Source of the DNA: Lingula anatina
Lineage: Eukaryota > Animalia > Brachiopoda
Direction: 5' to 3'
DNA length: 64,000 nucleotides
Assembly (NCBI GenBank): GCA_051362555.1
Contig: CM120641.1
Coordinates: 20,088,001-20,152,000 of the forward strand
In this document: positions 27,423-40,383 of the stretch, piece by piece
Layout of the letters: every line of letters begins with the position of its first letter
How positions within the stretch are numbered: position 1 is the first letter of the stretch
Notes under the pieces: model-generated
What the model was told of the DNA's origin: nothing
The model's input: the letters and a program-made list of their open reading frames with translations, nothing else
Databases searched by the model: none
Made by a program: the position numbers and the translations under genes

Positions 27423-30400
27423 CTATCCAATAATCCCATTCAACAAGCATCTTCCCCCATGCCACAAAATAGGAGTACCATCTCCATTCTCACATTTGGC
27501 CTTCAAGTACTCACATTCATCTGAAAAATGTAGAAGAAGCTTCTAAAACTGGGATCAATTCCTAAAGGTGTATCACATTCGACATCCTTAAAAGTAATAC
27601 CAATGAATATATGTTCTCAAATATAAACATGCAGTAACTAGTAGATTAATTATAGACTGAGAGTTGACCTTTGTTTGTGGAAATGGTTTTTTGAGAATTT
27701 TTCAATGTAAATATGATAACTAAAAAGCAAAAAGATATATATAATATGTGGTGTTCATTTTCTTAGTTTTAAATTTTTTAATTGCTTTAAAAAGCATTCC
27801 ATCTATCTATCTCCTATTACGCCATTGGGCGTCTAGGGTGTCAACAAAGGTCCTCCACTTAAAAAGCATTAAATGGAGCCAAAATAGTTAACAAAGTATT
27901 GATCCCCCCTCTTTAATCTGTTTTGCACAAATCGCTCTCTCCAATAACAAGTAATTGTAATTCACATATTATTTGGCCTTATCAAAAATATTTACATGTA
28001 TAAACATTGGTGATGTGCCTGTATCAAAAGAAATGGGTAATTCTGATAATTTGGTTACAAACAGTACTTAGTATGTTTAAGCATGAGAATTGACCAAAAC
28101 TATACTGGTTTATTTGCATTGCTTGAAGACCATATGCCAATGGTGATAAAGCATCAGTTCAGAAAAAGTATTTTATAAAACAATCATTGCACATGTACAT
28201 GATTTTGGCCATTCCCTCCCCCCTCCCCGTCTTGTCCATATTGCTAATTACCAGAATATTTCTGGAAGCCAATATTTATCCCTGAGTTCTGTAAAACTGC
28301 ATGGGTTTGCGCAAAATATGTTTAAGGTTTTTGCTGCTCCGTATTTTTCCAAAGAATAATTTCTATAATATGGCTTTATATTTATATATTCTTTCATTGC
28401 TTACTGTATGTTTTCCAGTCTGGTGATACACATATATAAGATGTAGTCTGGCAGTTCCCATTCTTAATATCTAGACAAGCCTTTGCTACCTCTGACAACT
28501 GATTTGTTGTACTTTTAGGGGTGGTAGGAGCTGGTTTTATTGTAGGACATGCCCCAAACTTTGTGGAAGACACTTTGGTTCCATAACGACAGTTCAAATA
28601 TTCCATTTCTTGTGTACCTGAAATGTAATGGATATACTATGATGTGATGTTTCTATAAAGAAATTGCTTTTTCAACATATTTTTATACTACTACAGTAAT
28701 TGGGGCTTACTAAATGAAAATGCATCAAATATGACTTAAGATCAATTTCCACCAGGACCCAGCGGGCACTCAACGTTGATTCAACATTGAGGATAGGTTG
28801 AGATGATGTTGATCCATCAATATTGATAGATCAACAAGATCTCAACATTGAATCAACCTTTTCTTGTCATCCAATTGTCAATGTTGATAGATCAACAGGG
28901 TCTCAACATTGATTTAACCTTTCTTTGTCAATCAATTTTCAATGTTGATAGATCAACAGGATTTCAACATTGAATCAACCTTTTCTTGTCAACCAATTGT
29001 CAATGTTGATAGATCAACAGGGTCTCAACATTGATTTTACCTTTCTTTGTCAATCAGTTTTCAATGTTGATAGATCAACAGGATTTCAACATTGAATCAA
29101 CCTGTGTTTGTAAACCCTTTGTCAATGTTGACATATCAACTGGATCTCAACATTGGGCCAACCTTAACTTTATAACCTTAATCATAACCTTGATAATAGT
29201 TTTAAATGATTATCTCACTAGAGAGGTATGCATAGGGGTAATTACCCCTCATAAAACACTTGTTTTACCCCTTTTTCATTAAAATTAATTTTGTGAAAAA
29301 AGCGGTCGTCAGTTTTTTTAACTTTCCACAGGTCTTTAAGAAAAAGAAAAAACATAGGGTCACCAGCCTTACTTTATGGCAAATTGACAAAATTTTACTC
29401 AAGGTTGAAGAAAAAGCTTGAAAAAGCCAAAAATGCCTGTTTTTCTGGAAATTGAAGTTAGCTGTGAGAAAAAAATTAGACTGGTGACCCTTTGTTTTTG
29501 TATTCTTAAAATAATCTTAACTACCTGATGTGACGTTATAATTATTTTAGTAAAGCTAATTTGTTGTTTAATTTTTATGAGTAATTACCGTATGTGCCTG
29601 CATACTTGTATAATGTAAATGAAGTGCGGGACTGTTATTAAGTGCGAGACTCCGGATAACATGAACTGATGCAACACGTGAGTGTGGACAGTGTGTAACA
29701 CTTTTACAGTACAAAAACTGTACTTTATTAACAGTACTTTGTGAGGCCACACTATCAGGAGGATCGTTCAACAGATAAGGACATGGAAAACGGTGACATT
29801 GCGTCTTCCAAACCCCACACTATCAGGATGATCGTTCAACAGATAAGGACTCGTAAAACTGTGACATTGCGTCTTCAAAACTTGACTGTCTACGAATCTG
29901 TTAGAATTTAACTGTATTTGACAAATGTTAAAGTTTATGCAACATGATAGTATTACATGTAGTTAGTTTATGTAGTGTATGTTCATTGTTTGTAATATAT
30001 TATATTCATAGTTAAGTTAGTTGTTGTTTGTGTTTTTTTATGTTCGGGCTGTTTTGGTCCGTAACACTGAGCATCAAACTGGAAAGTTTAAAAAGAATCT
30101 GACGACCCATAGGTGGATACAGGGGCCGGTCCCGGGGTCTGGACCCCCCCCCCCTTTTCTTCCGAATTACCTTTTTTTGTAGGTAATTTTCCCAATTTCC
30201 CCCCCTTTTCAGATCTGAGTCTTTTTATTTCAAGAAATGCTTGATATCTTGGAGAACAACTCAGCCATCAGGCAAATTTCAATCAAATATCCTGATAGCC
30301 TAATTGATATATCAACGTTAATTCAATTTTCAAATTCAACTTTATTTCAACATTGATTCAACATTGAGGTATCAATGTTGATTCAGCATTGATACCTCAA

Positions 30401-32916
30401 GGTTGTTTCAACCTTGATGGTTCAAGGTTGATTCAACCTTGATGGTTCAACGTTGATTCAACTTTCATAGTCAACGTCATATCAACATAGTTTCAGTGTT
30501 GACTGTCAACGTTGATTCAACATTGATACCTCAAGGTTGATTCAACCTTGATGGTTCAACGTTGATTCAACTTTCATAGTCAACGTCATATCAACATAGT
30601 TTCAACGTTGACCGTCAACGTTGATTCAACATTGAGACCTCAAGGTTGATTCAACCTTGATGGTTCAACGTTGAGTCAACTTTCATAGTCAACGTCATAT
30701 CAACATAGTTTCAACGTTGATAGTCAACGTTGATTCAACATTGATACCTCAAGGTTGATTCAACCTTGATGGTTCAACGTTGATTCAACTTTCATAGTCA
30801 ACGTCATATCAACATAGTTTCAACGTTGATCGTCAACGTTGATTCAACATTGATACCTCAAGGTTGATTCAACCTTGATGGTTCAACGTTGAGTCAACTT
30901 TCATAGTCAACCTCATATCAACATAGTTTCAACATTGACTGTCAACGTTGATTCAATATTGAGACCTCAAGGTTGATTCAACCTTGATGGTTCAACGTTG
31001 AGTCAACTTTCATAGTCAACGTCATATCAACATAGTTTCAACGTTGACCATCAACGTTGATTCAACATTGATTCAATGTTGATTTGCCCGCTGGGGAGTG
31101 GCCTTCAGGTTTTCTTTTTTTTTTGCAATATAATACTTTGCTTCTTCATACCTGGTACAAGCAAAATTGCTTCAAAAATGTCTTCTGCAAGTATGGTTTT
31201 CTGACAATCCATTTATAATATAGGATATGCAGGGAGACAAATGGAAGACAAAACTCATGTGCAAAAACATTCATTATTTCTTTTCTACTTACATGTATAG
31301 GTCTTCCCATCACTTCCACAAACAGGGGGATTAAATAGGCCACACTTCCTTTTAAAGCATCCACAATTCCACACTGTGGAACTACTGTTTGTAATACAGT
31401 TTTCATAGTCCAGTAATGCCTTACCTGAAAATAATTTCTGACATATAAAAATATTTCTAAAAATCCCTTCCTAATGTGTCATCTGTAAAAACGATTAAAA
31501 AGTAAATTAATTACTGTTTTTAATTAGCAACAATGTGGTACGTGAAATATCAAAATATCATCACTATACAAGGACAAATAAATACTTACAAGTATAGTAT
31601 TTCCCATTGTTTGCACAAACAAACCGAGCACCAGAGGGGCACTGGACTTTAGGACATCTTACATATGGGGTGGTAGCAGCAGGCTTTAAAGTGGTTTTTG
31701 CGGTTGTTGCAGATTTGCTGGTTGCTTTGAGAGTTAAGGTTGTAGAAGACGTTGGAAGAGTTGTAGTGGTTCTGGTTGTGGTTGATTTTGATGTGGATGG
31801 AATTGGATATGTGGTACTGATTGGTTTGTTGGTGGTGGTGGATGGTTTTATTGTAGTTGGCTTTGGGGTGGTGGTTTGTTTTACTGTTGCTAAGTTCTGT
31901 GTTATTTTTTCATTGGTTGTTGTTGGTAAAGTGGTATATTTTGAGCATTCTCCAGGTCCAAGACTTAAAATTGTTTGTCCTTGATGTTTGAACAAACATT
32001 GTGCATTCTCCAATTCACAAGCATTTCCTAAGAAAAAATAAAATTAATAATCAGTTTCCTTCTCAGTGTTGGGTTTTAAATTGGTAATCTTTTACCTATA
32101 TTTCATAAAGGTACCATCACTACAGGGTCAAACAGACAAGGTTAAAATTTACAAGAAGAACACAAGATATTATCTTTACCTGTGTATTGTATGGTATGAA
32201 ACTCACTGAATTGCTACTTTTTTGTGTTTACTTTACAGGTAAATATAAAATTTAAAATATAAATGGGTTAAAGATAAGTTCTTACAATCAATGTGGTTCA
32301 ATGACATTCTCAAATACAGTCGTAATTACCATATGTCCTTAAATCGCTTCCACACACAGGGATATACTCCTCCAGACAAACCTTGATACAGTTACTGTCT
32401 TGGCATTTTACCAAACTGCTCATCACTGGGAATAAGTGCATTTAATGTTCTTATAACCAAGATAAGTATTATCAATAATTAACTATTTATGATATACATG
32501 ATTAATGTATTATATGTTTCTAAAGCATTTCTAGTCAATATTAAAATCTGTAAAAAATTATCTGTTGCTTATAATTGTTAGACACTACGTTTGATAGGTT
32601 TTATCACAGTTTAAATAATAACTGTTACAGTGGTATGGAAACGCTTGAAAAATAAATATAGACTACATAACAGTTCACAATCAGAGACATAATATAAGGG
32701 TATGTCCTTCTCCCTTTCCAAAACAAAAGTGGTGGGACTGAAAAGGGAAAAGAAAAGCCCACAGATACAACATAATAAACAAAAATGCACCATTCTTTTC
32801 AATGATGTCTTTACAGCAGAGTGAGATGGGGAACGGGAATGCTGTATCTGCCTGTGTAATATGTAATAAAACATAATCCATATACCTGTAAGACATAGCA
32901 AAAATAATGTCTTCAT
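27423..32916 (-). CDS. Gene F: secreted Kazal/mucin protein, 4 domains, ~335 aa; exons 32916-32886, 32425-32330, 32027-31590, 31424-31293, 28617-28405, 27520-27423
   Basis: Signal MKTLFLLCLT-VMSSLVKC, head CIKVCLEEYIPVC, ends HGGRCLLNGIIG*. Exon sum 1008 nt. AATAAA at 27361-27366. Confidence 0.92.
28815..29160. repeat. 61-bp tandem repeat (~5.5 copies, alternating variants) in the left arm of the element
   Basis: GATAGATCAACA recurs at 28825, 28886, 28947, 29008, 29069. Confidence 0.9.
30345..31082. repeat. 109-bp tandem repeat (~6.5 copies) built from TCAAC/GTTGA palindromes in the right arm of the element
   Basis: CAAC(G/C)TCATATCAACATAG recurs at 30472, 30581, 30690, 30799, 30908, 31017. 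Confidence 0.92.
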
Positions 32917-34134
32917 CTTCTTAGGTGTACACTATACAAAGGTAGTAGTATGTCAGGCTGTCTGCATTTGGTATTAACACCAGTCTATATCACAGTGGTA
33001 GTAAGTACAGCACAGGTAGAACAGGTGTATTGATTGTGAAGGCGTGGAAACAGTCAGGCTGTCTCATTCTGAACTCAGTGACCAAGTTTTTTTATCATGT
33101 TACTGAGTAGCTACTAATACTGTAGGTTGAGACAGACAAGGTAAATGTGTAAATCAGAAACCCCAGTCTCCAGGCCCAAAGTTTTAGTTTCATGTTTCCC
33201 TTCAATCTTAGCTTTCCAACTTCTTGCAAGTCCTCAGATGTGAAGCGGATGGTTTTTAATGGGAAGGTCTGGTACACAAGCCCAAAGATTTTCATGGAAT
33301 TTCACCACTGACAGCCAATATTCTTTGCATGCAGATTTTGTATTAGTCCCAGTATCAAATGAGGTCACTCCAACCTTGAGGTACAGGCAAATAATACCTT
33401 TAGTGGACCAATGACAACCCAATGTCTGTTATTCAATGTCAAGCAAAGTTGGCCCAATGTCAGCCCAAAGTTAGACCACTGGCCTTGTGCTTTCTGGGTA
33501 TTTTAGTACAAGTATCCCTTAATTTTTTTAAAAAGCCATTTTGTCTGTTGTTACGATTGCATGAGGGTATCTCTTTCTCTATTTGATGCCATAATAGATA
33601 AGTTACATTACAAGTTTATCCTTGGCTTTATTGCTCACTCATCAAGACTAATAGCATTGTTTTTTTCTTCATATAACATTCTTTTAGAAATTCATAAAGA
33701 AATATTTTTAAGCGATTTTACTGGTTTTATGATGCTTTTGATATGCTGGTGGATTGTTTTAATTATCTTCACTCTTATGTTAACATTTTGGGTAACTTCC
33801 CTAGCTGTGATATCAGTTGTCATATGACATATAGGTGTCAAAATTGTCACCAATGCGTTTGCCATTTGGGATGTTGGTTACTGGTTATGTCATTTGGCTG
33901 AGTATGTTATGTTTAAATAGTTATAATATTAGTCAGGAAGAATTTTTTTAGTGAATTAGTTAGTTAGGTAATATGTGAGTGACTAAGTGTAACAATTAAA
34001 ATTGTTTTGGTGCTTTATATACTTGCAGCTGAGGATATCTGATCTGGAAAAACATAACCTGTAACAAATGTTTATTTCACCACAAGCAACAAGTAACAGA
34101 ATTTGGAATATGTAACAAATGAGTTCCAGTTTTT

Positions 34135-34358
34135 CTATCCAAATAGGTTGTTTATGTCCAAATCTACAAAGCATCTTCCCCCATGCCACCAAATAGGAGT
34201 ACCATTGCCATTATGGCATTTAGCCCTCAAGTACTCACATTCATCTGAAAAACATAAGAGAAAGCTCTTCAGGTTGGAGCAAATTATGTACAACAAAATG
34301 CCATTTATGACCTACAGTGTTACATCACATTTGACAAACATAAACATATTTACAGTAT

Positions 34359-34403
<45 letters not shown>

Positions 34404-36055
34404 TCATTACTTACTGTATGTTTTCCAATCTGGTGCTACACATACATAAGATGTTGTCCGGCAGTCCCCATTCTTAATATCTTGACAAGCTTTTTCCACC
34501 TCCGACAACTGATTTGATACACTTTTTGGGGTTGTAGGTCCTGGTTTAGTTGTTGGACATGCCCCTAACCTTGTGAAATACACTCTGGATCCATAACGGC
34601 AGTTAAAGTATTCCAATTGTTGTCTACCTGAAATAAAATGGATACACATTATAAAGATTCTAACAAGAATGTGCTTCTTCAACATATTTTTCTAGAATAA
34701 GACCAATTCCATCTTACTAGTATGTATAAGTGAAAATTCATTAATTTTGAAAATTATTTGTGTAGAAGAGGAGACCTTTTGCCTGTAAACACAAACTAAT
34801 CATTTTAGTTTCAATATTGAATAAGGGAAAACAAAGTTACTGTAATAAAAAAAAAATACAAAACTCAAGTGCAAAAATGACCATCATCAGTTTTCATATT
34901 CCTTCTACTTACAAGCATAGGTCTTTCCATCATTTCCACAAACAGGTCGATTAAAAAGCCCACACTTTGTCTCCCAGCATCCGCAATTCCACTCTGTGGC
35001 CCTGCTGTGCGTTATACAGTTTTCGTAGTCCAGTAATGCTTTACCTGTTCAAGATAATTAGACTTATAAAAAGTATTCAAATAATTGTTTTTTTTTATCA
35101 ATCTGTGTCATAAATGATAAGAAAAAAGATTACTTGATGGTAAAATTTTTTAAGTCATTACAGTCAGAACAATTAAAAAAAATACTTACAAGCATATTTT
35201 TTCCCATTGTTTGCACATACAGACTGATCACCAGGGGCACACTGGACTTTAGGGCACCTGATGTAGGGTGTTGTGGCTGGTTTTGGGGTAGTAGTGGTGG
35301 TGGTGGTTGGTTTTGGGGTAGTAGTGGTGGTGGTGGTTGGTTTTGGGGTAGTAGTGGTGGTGGTGGTTGGATTTGGGGTAGTAGTGGTGGTGGTGGTGGT
35401 TGGTTTTGGGGTTGTAGTGGTGGTGGTGGTGGTGGTTGGTTTCTCTGATGTGGTGGTTAGTTCTGGGGTGGTAGTGGTTGTGGGCACTGTGGTAAATTGT
35501 GAACATTCCCCATCTCCGAGTTTTTTCAACTGTTGTCCCTGCAAGTTCAACAAGCAAATAGCAATGTCCAGCTCACAGTCATTACCTGAAAGAACCAAAA
35601 TTAAGTTAAACATTTAAGTGTCAATGCATGCATTATATTGAAAAGATTGTTAAATTTCAATCATTCATGTTTTTATGAAGTGGATTCTGGGTCTGCCCTG
35701 CATTTACAACATGCTTGAAAAATGAAAACACCCTGACAGCATTGGCTTTTACAGTAAATTTAGTAATAGTATTTACCAACTATATTAAATAGTCAGCAAA
35801 GCGGGCAAATATACAGACAACATACAGGAAACAAGGCAGCAAAGCTGTCAAATGTTCAAACATTATACAGAAAAAAGTGCACAAAATATTTTGGCCAATT
35901 TTGATGAACTGTTACATAATGCTTTAGAATAGCATAATCACTCTAACCCTCTTACCTTATGTACTACAGGTACATGGAGATTGAAAAACTAGGAAGTGAT
36001 TCAGTTCAATGTGATATAAAAGCCACTGAAAATGCTAATGTGTGAAAAATGAAAA

Positions 36056-36107
<52 letters not shown>

Positions 36108-37000
36108 CCAAACAAAAAAAATTAAGTAATACAAAAATATGGTTTGGATGGGGGGGGGGGGGAAGTCACAAAAATTGTGCAAAAAAAAAACAGAATTATT
36201 ACTGTACATGCAAACCAATCATGCTGATTTTCAAAAGCAACCTGCCTCTTTACCAAACAAAGCCACTTGGTGAATTTAAAGTAAAACAAAAATATGGTTT
36301 GAAAGTTATGGAGCAAACATCATGTGTCCGACAGCATCAGCAACAACAACAGCAACAGACAGACCAATCAGAATATATACAGACACTTACCTGGGCATTC
36401 AGTGACTTTTTAAATGCTGTCCAAGATTTTAATCAGTAGAGTCCTCATATCAAGAGTTATTACAAATAACAACCACATCTTAAATTATTTTTTGTAAACA
36501 TGCACTTAAAATAATATAAGCATGCACATTCACCAAAAGTTAAGCCAAAATAAATGCACAATTTACAAATCCTCAGTATAGTTTCAGAGCACCACACAAT
36601 AACCTCTGTTTCTTTAACACTTAGAAGGGCAGTTACAGTTTTAGTGGCAAGGATATGCCTAATGGATTATTTGATGTTTCAACTCACCATAAGTTCTCCT
36701 GTCAGACCCACATACTGGAATATACTCCTCTGGACATTCCCTGCCACATTCAGATTGTTGTCCTCTCACATGAACTGTTATCACTGAAGTTATATAATAA
36801 TAATTAATAATTTTGTTTATTTGTGTGAAATATATCATACATATAAAAAGAAAATAATGCTTGCTGAATATACACTTACATTACATAAATGTATTAGTTT
36901 ATGTTTATCGAGAGTGCAGTTGTACATTTTTTGCATTAAAGATTTATTCAGTAAGGTTTTTTTATTGCATCATCAAACTTTATGTACATGTACAGTATAT

Positions 37001-37048
<48 letters not shown>

Positions 37049-37326
37049 ATAAAGTAAGTACACCATACCTGCATAAATAATATAAAAAATGAAGTATTTT
37101 TCTGTAATAAATAATTTGTAATACCACATATTGAACAGTGAGCCTATCAAAGAGTAAAGAAAAAGCTATGAAGAACTTTGTAGAAATGAAGTGTTTTTTC
37201 ATTTACATCCAAACTGGTTCTGCACTTAAATCAGAATCAAAATACTATCTTGCATATCTGACATCCAATATTAATTTGCATACATGTACCTGATAAACAG
37301 AACAGTACCATCCACAGTCCATTCAT
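34135..37326 (-). CDS. Gene G: secreted Kazal/mucin protein, 4 domains, ~327 aa; exons 37326-37290, 36783-36688, 35585-35190, 35044-34913, 34627-34415, 34244-34135
   Basis: Signal MNGLWMVLFCLS-VITVHVRG, head [13 protein letters not shown], (PKPTTTTTTT)n stalk, ends GGRCFVDLDINNLFG*. Exon sum 984 nt. AATAAA at 34071-34076. Confidence 0.92.
34363..34401. repeat. (CA)n microsatellite; others at 36058-36103, 37007-37044 and (AG)n at 40335-40379
   Basis: Direct reading. Confidence 0.95.
35829..36410. mobile_element. Degraded relative of the Helentron-like element at 44117-46552, in intron 2 of gene G
   Basis: Starts with the same AACAAGGCAGCAAAGCTGTCAAATGT. Has an ATCATGCTGATTTTC core motif (~36218), a short simple-repeat tract and a TATACAGACAC end remnant. 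Confidence 0.55.
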
Positions 37327-38488
37327 TTTTCCAGGTTCTATGTGGACGTCACCCATGAGGGATGGAACGTGATGCAATCAGAATAAATAGGTAGGCCTAC
37401 CATCCTTTGCGATAACACTCATGCATGATGAGAGTTGATCTCTTTCTTGGCTGATGCACTGGGATCCATTGCACATGGCCAGTTAGGCTCTAATCACAAG
37501 ATTTACTTGAGTGTCATGAATTCCAACTTAAAGTTGGCATGACCCAGACATTTTGTCTCAGCGGCTTAATGTGGACATATGTGTCAAAAGATAAACAAGC
37601 TTGCCTGATTCAAATAATAATTGTGACAAGTCCAAATTATGCAAGAACTCCAATTATTGGAAATACATATATCATTTATTTAAATCTGTGCATACAGTTT
37701 CAATTCAAATTGCTTCAAAACTGATGCAAACAAAATGCATTTTTTTTTTACTTTGATACACTCATTTCTTGCCAGATATTAAACAAAATAACATGTGAAA
37801 ATAATTAAGGTTCACAATTTTCAGTTTATTGAAATTAAATTATGAAAATCTTATGTTCAATAAAAATTTTACTGCCATGCTGTACCTGAGCTAGCACAGA
37901 GCTTTGATGAGAAATTGAGGTACAACCTGTAGTAATGTTCTTTTTTTATTGCATCTTCTAGCAGTTTGAAAAGAGAAGGTGTAACTGTTGACATTCACAT
38001 TAATTATATTAATTAAATGAAAGAATCAGATCTGAATTAATTAATGAAACCTTTGTTATTAAAAAAATTAATTAAGAAATTTTGAGAAAAAATATATATA
38101 ATGTGGATGTAGAATAATTATATTTAAATACTCTTGGATCCTACTTGAAAGATGGCATTGTAGGTTACAGTTTTTAATTTTCACTCTTTACATTTTAAAT
38201 CTTTAAAATATATAAGCCCATCAATGCTCCAATCTGTGTGTTCAGATTACTTAAGAATTTACACACCCCTTCCCCCCTCCACACCTGCAGCACAGCAATG
38301 AGGAAAAAATTTAGCAAAAAATGCAATGAATTACAAATGCATCAACTAGTTAGTATACTTTATTGATCTCACTTTTAAAGAAATGGTTTAAAAGTTTTGT
38401 CTATGTCAAACCACAATTAAATGGTTGCTGATAACTATTGCTATTAGCATTGAGTACATGTGAAAATAGACAAAGTTTTGCTCTATTC

Positions 38489-40327
38489 CTATCCAATGAT
38501 GGCCCCAATGACACTTAAGCCCAGTCCAGTACCATCAGGGGTTACATTGCCAGTGGGACATGGTGACTGTATGAGGGATTTACCAATTCTTGAGAACAAA
38601 CAGGCAGTATGATAGAAGTCACACTGATCAGCTAGTAAAGAAAAGGAAACCATTTTATTTCACTAGGAACATTTATTTTCATTGTTGATTTTAGAATATC
38701 ATGTTGAAAACCAAATGCATATGGTTATATTTAGGAGATATTTCCAGACAAAATATTACGATAAAAAATGCTTTGTATGACCCTAAAATTTAGTTATTAG
38801 TTTTTTTTTTGTCAATGCTATGATACCTCTTGAAATAGTAAAACAAAATTCTTAACCATTACCTTATTGAAGCTTAGTGAACAAATAGTCACAGATATTT
38901 ATATCTATTATAAACTTCTTAAAACACAGGGTGACTTACTATATTCAAAGCCATGGTGGTCACAGTAAATGCGAGGGGTGGAGGAGCACGAGGCTGTGCA
39001 TGGGTTTAACACAGCACTGGGCCTTGGTGTAGTAGTTCTTTGATAACATTTCCCAGGATAAGCAATTTTTACATTATGACCCATGCAATTCCAGTACTCC
39101 AAATTTTCTTTACCTAGGATAAAAATTCACATCGAAGTCATTGTTGGTATGATCTAATGAAATAAATATACATACATACATACAAAATGTTATGTGAAAA
39201 AATATACACATGCTTTTACATTGAAAATTATACATCTTTACAAAATAAACATTAGTTTAAGGTGGATATATATATCAAATTGTCCTTGTTTTTTCACCAT
39301 CTCACACCCTTCTGCTTTTAAGCTGTGTCCCCATTTATTATCAATTTAACTGATTTTTAAATTAATGTAAGATAGTGATTGGTTTAGGGTGTAACTCTGT
39401 AAGTAAGTTAGATATCAACATGAAATTTGGCATGGTTGACAACAACATTGTGTGATCTACTATTTGTTGCTTTTGAATTTTTGTTTATTAGATATGAGCC
39501 CCTAGCTATGATGATCCATCAAACAAAAGCATTATATCGCCTTTCTATATTACTGATAATCAGATGTGAGACTTTCAGAAAGAATCCCTGGCAACGAATT
39601 GTAGTGGTTATAGTTGTGATTAAATGGCATCAAATGGTTTCAACGGCAATTTAGGTGAGAGAAATCTGCTTGAATCTGAAAACACAATTTTCACCAATAA
39701 ATGCTGCTGTTATGTCATCAGCAAATTCACTACAATGTATTTTTGATGTGACAACATAATCTCATAACATGAGGCTTACTTCTGCATTATCTAAGCAGAC
39801 AAGGAAATAGAACCCAATGTATGTATCCACATTTACCTTATTGTTTCAACAAATCATCAGTGAGTAGAATTCTAACAGACTATAGTATTCTATCAGACTG
39901 GCACTCCTTTAATTATCTCAAGTCAATTCATGATTGAAAGTTTACCAATGAATTTGAAAATTAAAACAACTTATTTACAACAAGAATCACAAATGTGATT
40001 GACAAAGACAAAATATTCACACTTGTATATAATAAAATATGTAATATAATAAAACTTACATTTATAAGTAATGCCATTAGATCCACAGTATTGTGGTGCC
40101 CCGGGAGTACAGAGCTTATATTTGCATTTATCTCTTGGGGTCGTGGTAATAACAGGCCTTGGTGTGGTATAGAGCAATGGGGAGGAACACTGGCCTTCAT
40201 GAGCAACCTGGACATGGCGGCCATAGTGGCAGTTTTGAAAGTCCAGGCTGTGCTTACCTGATATGAAAGATATGATATATACTAACAGATAATATTTTTT
40301 TCAAGTTATTATCTTATTAAATGACCT

Positions 40328-40383
<56 letters not shown>

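Larger units (their letters stand above)
28758..31095. mobile_element. Non-autonomous CMC/EnSpm(CACTA)-like DNA transposon in intron 4 of gene F
   Basis: TIR CCCAGCGGGCA at 28758-28768 and TGCCCGCTGGG at 31085-31095, flanked by a 2-bp GA duplication. Subterminal arrays of palindromic TCAACGTTGA-type motifs, no transposase ORF. Absent from the equivalent short intron of paralog G. Confidence 0.85.

Noticed and set aside
28815-31082. Palindromic regular repeats resembling a CRISPR array
   Set aside because: Units are full tandem copies without unique spacers, they lie inside TIRs in a eukaryotic intron, and there are no cas genes.
33400-33498. Possible single end of another CCCAG-type TIR element
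   Set aside because: No matching second terminus or target duplication found.
35134-35557. His-rich (NHHHHYYPKT) and GGGWFW ORFs, plus the Gln-rich ORF 7413-7757 and Trp/Gly ORFs 48866-49297
   Set aside because: Alternative frames of the stalk minisatellites, with no independent start, signal peptide or splice support.
38489-38545. Hydrophobic tail of H as a transmembrane or GPI anchor
   Set aside because: The hydrophobic stretch is only ~12 residues and most paralogs have just 2-4, so a common membrane anchor is unsupported. A GPI predictor could still be run on H and K.
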